A stretch of 32,000 bases of DNA, from positions 1-32,000 of the forward strand of contig JAZDEL010000002.1 in NCBI GenBank assembly GCA_043808785.1, read 5' to 3'. Both the position numbers and the translations under genes were made by a program. Below are positions 21,948 to 28,843 of this stretch, one piece after another (positions within the stretch are counted from its first letter, which is position 1; each line of letters opens with the position of its first letter). The DNA is from Candidatus Iainarchaeum sp. Lineage in GTDB: Archaea; Iainarchaeota; Iainarchaeia; Iainarchaeales; JAZDEL01. The notes under the pieces were generated by a model, which worked only from the letters and a program-made list of their open reading frames with translations, searched no databases and had not been told where the DNA came from.

Positions 21948-23510
21948 TCAGCGCAAGGCTGAATATATTGGTTTGCTTTTCTGTTTCTGCTCCATTTCAA
22001 TCCTCTGCATTTTCCTGACAGTGCTATCGAATGTGCCGTAGAACTCGGCCTCCCTTTTCGCATCGCTTAATACGTAGTCGATATACTTGTATATTTTGTT
22101 CGGATTTTTTTCCTGCGACAGCGCGAGCATGAAATATTTGATTTTCGGCAAAGAGTATTTCTCCAAATATTCCTTGCCGTTCATGTTCCTAAGTGTGTCG
22201 AAGTGCCTCAGCATTCCGTCAATTACCCCCCCATCCAGCTTTTCGGAAAACGCAGCCTCTATAAAACGGAAACTATCGGGAGATTTCTTCAGCGTTTCGC
22301 TGATTTCCATATCAGCCTCGCGCTCCCATTTCTGCCGCTGCCCTTTCCCCGTTTTAAGATAATGCAGTTCCTTCAGTGCAGCCTCGTTGTTTTGTATTGA
22401 CTTAATGAACTTGCTTATCTTAAGCGTGCTCAGCGTTTCCTCCCCCAATTTCTCCTGCCTTTTCCTTAGCAGTTTTATTATTGATTTTGCCGTGTCCAAC
22501 CCTGCCCCTTTTTCAGCCATCTCATTTTCCCAATTCGCATCCGTCCTTGCCTTCATGCCCTCCTTCCGCAGGTATTCCCTGTTCGCCTTAATGTATTCCC
22601 TGTCCACAAGGGTAAATCCCCTGCCTTTTAGGACTTTGTCCTCAGGGATTTTTCCGAGCCTAACCAAAAGGTCAACCGAGCCAAACGATGTGTTGAGAAT
22701 CGGGCACGCATCCCTCAGCGTCACTTTGCCTTTCGATTTTTCAATAAACTCCCTTAGCTTCTCAACCGCCGAATTTATCCTCGGGTCGCCCTGCTTAAGG
22801 TAATGCGTCTCGCGCCCCCTGCTCTTGAATGTCGGCCAGCCTTCTGCTATCTCCTTTGAATATACGACAACATATCCGAAACTTGGATTTATCCCGTGGC
22901 ACTCGAGAAGGCGCGGGATAGTTATTATCTTCCCGAGCCTCGGGTGATTAATCAGCATGTCTTTTATTTTCGGGGTTTTGCCCATTTTCGAGAGTTTCTT
23001 CTCCTTCTCTCTTTTCATCATTTCCTGATATTCTTTCTCCTTTTCGGGGTCGCCCATATCCCTGACGGCGTTTTTGATTTCCTTGCCGCCCCTCGGCAGC
23101 GCGTTTATGACCATCCCCTGCTCGTTCACCCTCTTTTCCCACTTTATTTTGCCTATGCGCCATGCCTTGAAGCCAGTGGCGTATTTGCCGAGCCTGATTC
23201 CCAACTCATTGATAAAATCGGTCTTTGTTACCTCCGCCTTCCTGTCAATGAACGGCACCTTCCTTTCCTTCAGCAGCCGCGTCACGAATTCGGGGGAAAT
23301 CAGAACCTGCCTGTTTTTTAACAGCCTGCCTGAGGGGCCAAACTCCTTGAAAATAACGTCCTTTGGAACCGCGTTTGCCCTCTTCGCGCGGTTTATTATG
23401 GAAGAGGTGCCCTTAAATCCAGTTGCCAGCGCTGCTTCCTGCGGCGTGAAATACATATGCTTAAGCCTGATTTTTTTGAGGCTTGCGCCGGTGCCTGCGG
23501 CATTGGGCAT
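21948..23510 (-). CDS. Basic multi-helix-turn-helix protein, paralog family member (520 aa)
   Basis: Excisionase-like HTH segments are YFTPQEAALATGFKGTSSIINRAKRANAVP and VTLRDACPILNTSFGSVDLLVRLGKIPEDKVLKGRGFTLVDREYI. It aligns along its N-terminal and central regions with ORF 24166-25707 (shared IKWEKR, ALP, DP(R/Q)I). Confidence 0.6.
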   Translation of the reverse strand: MPNAAGTGASLKKIRLKHMYFTPQEAALATGFKGTSSIINRAKRANAVPKDVIFKEFGPSGRLLKNRQVLISPEFVTRLLKERKVPFIDRKAEVTKTDFINELGIRLGKYATGFKAWRIGKIKWEKRVNEQGMVINALPRGGKEIKNAVRDMGDPEKEKEYQEMMKREKEKKLSKMGKTPKIKDMLINHPRLGKIITIPRLLECHGINPSFGYVVVYSKEIAEGWPTFKSRGRETHYLKQGDPRINSAVEKLREFIEKSKGKVTLRDACPILNTSFGSVDLLVRLGKIPEDKVLKGRGFTLVDREYIKANREYLRKEGMKARTDANWENEMAEKGAGLDTAKSIIKLLRKRQEKLGEETLSTLKISKFIKSIQNNEAALKELHYLKTGKGQRQKWEREADMEISETLKKSPDSFRFIEAAFSEKLDGGVIDGMLRHFDTLRNMNGKEYLEKYSLPKIKYFMLALSQEKNPNKIYKYIDYVLSDAKREAEFYGTFDSTVRKMQRIEMEQKQKSKPIYSALR

Positions 23511-23562
23511 AGTATGATTAGTGCTTTCAGGAATTTATTGCTTTGCTTTATGCCGCGCGCGG

Positions 23563-24003
23563 CTATCCCTTTTTGCCGCGCTTTTTGGATGCCTTTTTCT
23601 TTGCCGCGGGCTTCCCCTTTGCCTTCACGGCCTTTCGCTTTGCGGGCTTCGCCTTCCTCGCCGCCCTGCGTGCGGGAGCCTTTGCCTTTCCCTTCCCCTT
23701 CGCAACAGCAGGCCTCTTAGCGGCGCTTGGAATGGCAATCCCTTCCACAACCCTGAAAACCTGCGCAACAGGCCTCACAGGCTGCACAATCTTCATTCCA
23801 ATGCTCTGCCCGGCCTTCGCTTCCATAACCTTATCGTGCTCTATCTGCATGCTGTCCACTGTCTGCGAGAAGGCCTCCCCGCCCTTCTTGATTACTATTT
23901 CGTCCCCCTGCTTTAAAGTTCCTGTGAGGTCAACCACTGCGACGCCTATCTTATCGTAGTAATGAGATATTTTCCCGACAAGCTTTTCAGCCAAAAACAT
24001 CAC
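23563..24003 (-). CDS. EF-Tu domain 2-like beta-barrel protein with a Lys/Ala-rich histone H1-like tail
   Basis: LVGKISHYYDKIGVAVVDLTGTLKQGDEIVIKKGGEAFSQTVDSMQIEHDKVMEAKAGQSIGMKI matches the small 'translation elongation factor-like' barrel family. The C-terminal roughly 50 aa are AKRPAVAKGKGKAKAPARRAARKAKPAKRKAVKAKGKPAAKKKASKKRGKKG. Confidence 0.65.
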   Translation of the reverse strand: MMFLAEKLVGKISHYYDKIGVAVVDLTGTLKQGDEIVIKKGGEAFSQTVDSMQIEHDKVMEAKAGQSIGMKIVQPVRPVAQVFRVVEGIAIPSAAKRPAVAKGKGKAKAPARRAARKAKPAKRKAVKAKGKPAAKKKASKKRGKKG

Positions 24004-24165
24004 CCTTCTAAATAGGCACGAAGTTAATAAATTGTTAGCGTTTGCGGGTTCCGCAGGGCAGTGAAAAAAAGCAAAAACAAGCCCCCCAAAACAAAACCGC
24101 GAACGTGGGTTTCCCGCGGTTTGCGGGATTATTTTCGTGGTTCAAAGCAGTTTCGGGACCCTGTG

Positions 24166-25707
24166 CTAATCAGCCCGTGAACCGGATATGGCATCTATTA
24201 TTCTTTTCCTGTACCATTCCTTATCTTCGGTCGTTTTCTGCAGGTTATACTCGTACTGCAGCCCCATAATTTTTGCGTGTTCAGCCTGTATTTTGCCCGG
24301 CGTCCAGGATGCCGTGTAATTGTCTACCACCTGCTGAGGCAAGCCAAAGCTGCGCTGCATCCCCGCCACCAGATTTGCGAATTTTTGCTTTATTTCTAAT
24401 TGCTGGCGGTTCCACCTGTAGCTTACCTGCCCTGTTTTGGGCGGCGGCTGCGAAATTTTGCGCCCGCCCGCTTTTGTTGCGGCGCTTTCCGCCCCAAGCT
24501 TCGGCAAGCCCAGTTCGCGCAGCCTACGCCCCACGATCACTCTGAGGCGCGTTATGTTTTCGGGATGCTCGAAAAATTTCCTTGAGAGGTAGTGCTTGCC
24601 CTTGTGCGTTATCACTTCATCCCCCAACTTCCCCTTCAGGAATTCCCCGAGGCGGAACTTGTAGGCGGCGGCGCGCGCCATTTCAATCCCCATAGTATTT
24701 CCTACTTCGGCCATTCCAGCATATTCCTGCAGCACACCGTCCCTCTTTTGCTTTATCCTGAGCGAGCTGTCGAACGAAGCGGCCTTTTCCAGCAGTTTGT
24801 CCAGCATTTCCTTGTTTTTCAGCGCATAATCCCTGTTGATGTAATAGCGCCCCCCGAACTCGATTACCCTGTCGCTGTTGTATGGGCCCTCTGGCACGTT
24901 TTTCAGTATAAATCCGTGCTTTATCGCGGCAGTCACATATGCGTTGTTTTTGCCAAGTAGCCGCGCCAATTCTGCCGCAGGCATGCTTTTTTTAACCGCC
25001 TTCTTCAGGCGCCAAGCGGCTTCTTCAAGCACCTTGATTTGCGGGTCGTCAGGAAGCAGGTATTCTATGTTGCCCTGCTTTTCTATTGGAGCCTTGCCGC
25101 CCTTTCCATAGCCCGACCGGTAAATTCTCCACTTAACCATTTTCTTCAGGAAATCGAAGCGTTCCGTCTTTTCTCTTGAGGGTACTGCGCCAAAAAACAT
25201 CGCAAGGAACTTCGGCCAGCTGTACATGTTATGGACATGAATTTTATATAATCCCGCTTCCTTCAGTTTTTGCTCTATTTTTTTAATTTCCGCATCAGGC
25301 AGCGCATACACGATGTTCGGCCCGCGCTTCCCCCTGATAATCCGCTTTTCCCATTTGATGCCCCCAATTATTTCCTTTTTTGCCTTTGTGAGCTTGTTCT
25401 CGTACCAAACACCCTGGTCTTCAAGGAACACCTTCTTTGTTGTCTCGGTTTTTTCGTCAAATTCCTTTACCCCCTCCCTTTCCACAGCCAGGCTCCTGAC
25501 AAAATCGGCATCAACGAAATACTGCCGTTTCATTACTGTTTTCGGTTTGCCGCCCCATAAAATGCTCGTTTGCACAGGACGTTGCGATAGTGCGCCCGCG
25601 CCCTTTGCCCTGAGCATTATTATCTTGCGCTCAAAGCCCGTCAGCCGTTCCGCATCTTTTATGCTGTGATGCAGTTGTCCCGCGGCTTTGTTCGGCGGTT
25701 TCGGCAT
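24166..25707 (-). CDS. Basic multi-helix-turn-helix protein, paralog family member (513 aa)
   Basis: HTH-like segments are SIKDAERLTGFERKIIMLRAKGAG and MPAAELARLLGKNNAYVTAAIKHGFI. It shares IKWEKR, YALP, DPQI and YINRDY-type blocks with ORF 21948-23510. Confidence 0.6.
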   Translation of the reverse strand: MPKPPNKAAGQLHHSIKDAERLTGFERKIIMLRAKGAGALSQRPVQTSILWGGKPKTVMKRQYFVDADFVRSLAVEREGVKEFDEKTETTKKVFLEDQGVWYENKLTKAKKEIIGGIKWEKRIIRGKRGPNIVYALPDAEIKKIEQKLKEAGLYKIHVHNMYSWPKFLAMFFGAVPSREKTERFDFLKKMVKWRIYRSGYGKGGKAPIEKQGNIEYLLPDDPQIKVLEEAAWRLKKAVKKSMPAAELARLLGKNNAYVTAAIKHGFILKNVPEGPYNSDRVIEFGGRYYINRDYALKNKEMLDKLLEKAASFDSSLRIKQKRDGVLQEYAGMAEVGNTMGIEMARAAAYKFRLGEFLKGKLGDEVITHKGKHYLSRKFFEHPENITRLRVIVGRRLRELGLPKLGAESAATKAGGRKISQPPPKTGQVSYRWNRQQLEIKQKFANLVAGMQRSFGLPQQVVDNYTASWTPGKIQAEHAKIMGLQYEYNLQKTTEDKEWYRKRIIDAISGSRAD

Positions 25708-25716
25708 TTCAACACT

Positions 25717-26073
25717 TCACAGCAGTTTCAAATGCCCCGTCAGTTTATCCAGCTCGGCATCCTCCGCAGGCCCGACCCCGAAGCATGTTTTCGTGCCGGG
25801 CGCGATCTGTGTGTGCCCCGCATCCTGCACAAGCGCGGGCTTCAGCCCCGCGTTTTTAACCTTCTGGAAAAGTTCAACAAGTTCGCGCTCGCTGTTCACT
25901 TTCAGCACAACTTTTTTCTGCCCCTCGGAGCGCCATTCATCAACATCATCAGGGCTCTCCCTCTCCGCGTTCTCCATCGCCATTATGCTCGCGTGCGAGC
26001 ACTGCGCCGCTATTTTTCCCCTGCCCATTTTAAGGTCGGTGCGGACTACAATTACCTGTTTCATCCCAGCCAC
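25717..26073 (-). CDS. pth2: Peptidyl-tRNA hydrolase, archaeal/eukaryotic type (Pth2)
   Basis: MKQVIVVRTDLKMGRGKIAAQCSHAS...KVVLKV.SE.EL......AGL...LVQDAGHTQIAPGT.T..GVGP is the characteristic PTH2 sequence pattern. Confidence 0.85.
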   Translation of the reverse strand: MAGMKQVIVVRTDLKMGRGKIAAQCSHASIMAMENAERESPDDVDEWRSEGQKKVVLKVNSERELVELFQKVKNAGLKPALVQDAGHTQIAPGTKTCFGVGPAEDAELDKLTGHLKLL

Positions 26074-26143
26074 CCTGCGGCAATTGCCTGCTTCATACTA
26101 ATCTTTAATGGCAAACCCATATTTATACCCTGCGCGCCGAGTT

Positions 26144-26311
26144 GCTTTTGATTTTGCGAAGCAAAATCCTTCTTTTTGTCAACTTCCCGTTTTGGCAAAA
26201 GCCAAAAGGGCCCTTTTGGACCAGCCTATTTTGGCTCACGTCAAAATGGGCGCAGTTGGGCAATGCCCAACTAGCGCAGCCCAAAACGGGTTTCTTGCAA
26301 AGAAAAAGTTG
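26144..26311. repeat. Mosaic palindromic repeat locus R4 (modules B, split C, D, E)
   Basis: A 5'-shortened module B lies at 26146-26178. The 18-nt perfect palindrome ccaaaagggcccttttgg at 26202-26219 is identical to 27231-27248. Module E lies at 26228-26277. The right half of module C, tttcttgcaaagaaaaagttg, lies at 26291-26311. The arms cccgttttgg (26186-26195) and ccaaaacggg (26281-26290) bracket the inner modules. Confidence 0.85.
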
Positions 26312-26365
26312 CAGTGGAAATCAGCCCTGCGCGCGTTTTTAAACCGTGCCAAGGCATAATTTTTC

Positions 26366-26782
26366 ATGCAGAGGAAATTCTACCTCGACACCGCGATATG
26401 GATGGATTATTTCGGCGCGCGCGGCAACGGCATCAGGCCGCTCGGGGACCTCGCATTCCAGTTGCTGAAGAAGTGCCGCGAGGATAATTCGCAGATTATC
26501 GTTTCAGATGCCGTTACCGAGGAACTTGAAGCAAGCCTCTCCAAAGCGGAAATAGAAGCGATGTTTTCCGGTTTTGCAGGGCTAATTGCCAGGGTCTGGC
26601 GGACAAAGGAACAGGCAGTAGAGGCATTTGCCTTGCGCAGGAAATTAGGCAGCGAGTTCCCGCTTTACGACATCCTGCATTCGATTATTGCTAGAGATGA
26701 GAAAGCGGTTCTTGTCGCGCGCGACAGGCATTTCTGGGAAATTGGCATTGCGGAAGTTTGCCTGCCCGAGGATTTGCTTTAG
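26366..26782 (+). CDS. PIN-domain protein (VapC-like ribonuclease)
   Basis: The acidic PIN positions are present: FYLDTAIW (D near the N-terminus), VTEELE, LYDILH and ARDRHF. The size is typical of VapC toxins. A TATA-like box gtttttaaacc lies at 26334-26344. Confidence 0.7.
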   Translation: MQRKFYLDTAIWMDYFGARGNGIRPLGDLAFQLLKKCREDNSQIIVSDAVTEELEASLSKAEIEAMFSGFAGLIARVWRTKEQAVEAFALRRKLGSEFPLYDILHSIIARDEKAVLVARDRHFWEIGIAEVCLPEDLL

Positions 26783-26849
26783 CGCCCGCCTAATTCCGCG
26801 CATTGCTTTGGCTCAGGGCGCGGATGCATGCCATTTGGGGCCGAAGTCT

Positions 26850-27149
26850 TCACGGCTTTATGCCGAATTGTTCGCACAGCCTCTTTTCCAGTTCCCTGCT
26901 CCCTTCGCCGCTTCTCCATGCGTGAAATTCCTCGTCCGTTTTGAACCTGCCCTTCCCCTTGAATGCGCCTTTCGCGGCAAACAGCGCTTCCCACGCCTTT
27001 TTCTTCGAGCGCTCCCCGTCAAGTTCCTTGAGTTTCGCCCTTATGGCGTCCCTGATGAACTCTGTTTTGGTCGTATAATTGAACTCGCGCATTCCCTTTT
27101 CAACTTGCCTCGCAATCGAGGCATCCAGCTGAATGCTTATATGCTCCAT
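26850..27149 (-). CDS. Ribbon-helix-helix (CopG-like) DNA-binding protein
   Basis: The N-terminus ISIQLDASIARQVEKGMREFNYTTKTEFIRDAIRAKL is a canonical RHH (beta strand plus two helices). It is convergent with the PIN gene rather than co-transcribed. Confidence 0.7.
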   Translation of the reverse strand: MEHISIQLDASIARQVEKGMREFNYTTKTEFIRDAIRAKLKELDGERSKKKAWEALFAAKGAFKGKGRFKTDEEFHAWRSGEGSRELEKRLCEQFGIKP

Positions 27150-27185
27150 AGCATTAAATGCTACATAGTGCTTTTTAAAAAACCC

Positions 27186-27372
27186 GCGGTTCAGCCTTTT
27201 CTTATAAAGAAACCCGTTTTGGGCTAAAGCCCAAAAGGGCCCTTTTGGCGCAAGCCAAAACGGGAGGCTGGCGAAAAGAACAGCCCGCCTCTAGGCGGGC
27301 ACTCGCAGTTTTCGCCAACCTTTTGGAAGTGGGTTTGAGCCCAAGCGAAAACCCACGCTCCGAAAAGGTTGC
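27186..27372. repeat. Mosaic palindromic repeat locus R6 (modules F, D, A, G)
   Basis: Module F lies at 27186-27201, the 18-nt palindrome at 27231-27248, and module A (gcccgcctctaggcgggcactcgcagttttcgcca) at 27283-27318. The segment cttttggaagtgg lies at 27320-27332. The hairpin gtgggtttgagcccaagcgaaaacccac follows. Confidence 0.85.
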
Positions 27373-27437
27373 ACCGGAAACGCACCCTCCCAACCTTTTT
27401 AAACCAGGTTCGGGCAATTGTTATTCGGTGCGCGCAA

Positions 27438-28529
27438 ATGGACCGAATTACGGGGATGATAAGCGAGGCTGTTTCGTACATAAATTCATATGAGGAACGC
27501 AAGCGCGAACTCGCGCGTGCGCTCGCGCCTTTGAAAAAACAAAAACTCGCGCTTTCTCAAGAGGTTCTTGAGGAAAAGCTTGTTTTTCCCGTGGGCAAGG
27601 CGGAATTAAACTTCCGCGCTGCGGGCGTTGATTCTGGTTTCATGGGGAGGCGCCTTTCCTCCGCCGACATAGTTCTTGTGCGTGCAGTTGGCACTGTTTT
27701 CGATTATGAGCGCGGAAAGCTTGCCCGCGCTTCTTATCACCCGAACTTCTTCTCCTTCCCCATGCCTCACCTTTCGAATAACGCGCTTGAGGAAGATGAA
27801 TATGGGTGCAGCATGGGGCTGATAAGGCTGCGCGAGGAAGTTAAAATCGCGCGCGAAATCCTTGAAAAACACAAGCCGCGCTATCTTTTCCTCGACGGCA
27901 GCATTGTCCCGCAATATGCCGACAAGCCGCGCTCGGATTCGGTTGTCAGGAACCTTTACCACGACCTTTTGCACAGTTTCCGGAGCCTTTACAGTGAGGC
28001 CGAGAAAAATGGGTGCACGCTCATTGCATGCATCGAGGATTCAAGGGGAAAGCGCATAAATGAAATACTGCGCGCGGAACTTAACGCCGATGAAAAATTA
28101 ACGCAGAACAGGAACATAGAGGGGATGTTCGACTGGGCAATTTTAGATTACCTCCTTGAAGTCGGGGAACGCACGCTGGCATTCCCCTACAGCGCGAACA
28201 TACGCAAGCACCCAATCCTGACAGACATGGGCGAGTGGAGCGGCAGCATTTACGGCATGTACCTGCGCCCCGCGCAGTACGACAGGCCCCTGCGTTTGGA
28301 GTTCCTTTGCAAAAACGGAAAAATAGGCGAACGCGCGGACGAGGTTGCGTCCGCAGCCTGCTCGCTCGCGGGCATGCACCGCGAATACGCTTACCCCTCC
28401 GTGCTGATAGAGGCGGATTTGAAGGCGCGCCTCAGGCCCGATGAAATCGATTTGGTTTTCGGGAAAATCTTCGACAAGCTGGGAAAGAATGTGCGCCTCA
28501 GGCTCAGGCGCGAAAGCAGACCGTTTTAA
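27438..28529 (+). CDS. nurA: NurA 5'-3' nuclease
   Basis: The supplied ORF is trimmed to the ATG at 27438, because the upstream codons lie in repeat locus R6 and a ctttttaaa box lies at 27392-27402. NurA-style blocks are AAGVDSGF...ADIVLVRAVG and RYLFLDGSIVPQY. The gene sits directly upstream of herA. Confidence 0.75.
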   Translation: MDRITGMISEAVSYINSYEERKRELARALAPLKKQKLALSQEVLEEKLVFPVGKAELNFRAAGVDSGFMGRRLSSADIVLVRAVGTVFDYERGKLARASYHPNFFSFPMPHLSNNALEEDEYGCSMGLIRLREEVKIAREILEKHKPRYLFLDGSIVPQYADKPRSDSVVRNLYHDLLHSFRSLYSEAEKNGCTLIACIEDSRGKRINEILRAELNADEKLTQNRNIEGMFDWAILDYLLEVGERTLAFPYSANIRKHPILTDMGEWSGSIYGMYLRPAQYDRPLRLEFLCKNGKIGERADEVASAACSLAGMHREYAYPSVLIEADLKARLRPDEIDLVFGKIFDKLGKNVRLRLRRESRPF

Positions 28530-28555
28530 TTGGGGTTTGTTGGTTTATTTGTATT

Positions 28556-28843
28556 GTGGTGGCTGTGATGCAAAAAAACAAAAAACCCGTACGCATGGTT
28601 CATGGCGGCGGGGTTCACCCGCGCGAGATTCATTCGCGCGGGCAGGGGATGTTCTGCCCCAACTGCGGCTCCGCGGACCTGAAAATGGTGCAAACCCCCG
28701 TGTTTGTGCAGTCGGGCACTTTTCGGATGTACAAGTGCGGGAACTGCGGTTACGAGGGGCCGATAGTAATCGGCGGCCTCGGCATGCAGAAAGGGCTGAT
28801 GAAAAATTATTCGGAAAGGAAGGGGCGTGGATTGGATGGATGA
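28556..28843 (+). CDS. Small zinc-ribbon protein between nurA and herA
   Basis: Two Cys pairs form a four-Cys ribbon (CPNCGSADL...YKCGNCGYEG). It starts at GTG 28556 or ATG 28568 and overlaps the herA start by 17 nt. Confidence 0.55.
   Translation: MVAVMQKNKKPVRMVHGGGVHPREIHSRGQGMFCPNCGSADLKMVQTPVFVQSGTFRMYKCGNCGYEGPIVIGGLGMQKGLMKNYSERKGRGLDG

Noticed and set aside
26108-26359. ORFs 26108-26359 and 26142-26342 (+), and 27202-27502 (-/+)
   Set aside because: They are composed entirely of palindromic repeat modules (loci R4 and R6). Both strands give ORFs of similar length, as expected for palindromes rather than genes.
27369-27437. NurA start at 27369 as given in the ORF track
   Set aside because: The first 23 codons overlap the end of repeat locus R6 and a ctttttaaa TATA-like box. 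The ATG at 27438 is better placed.
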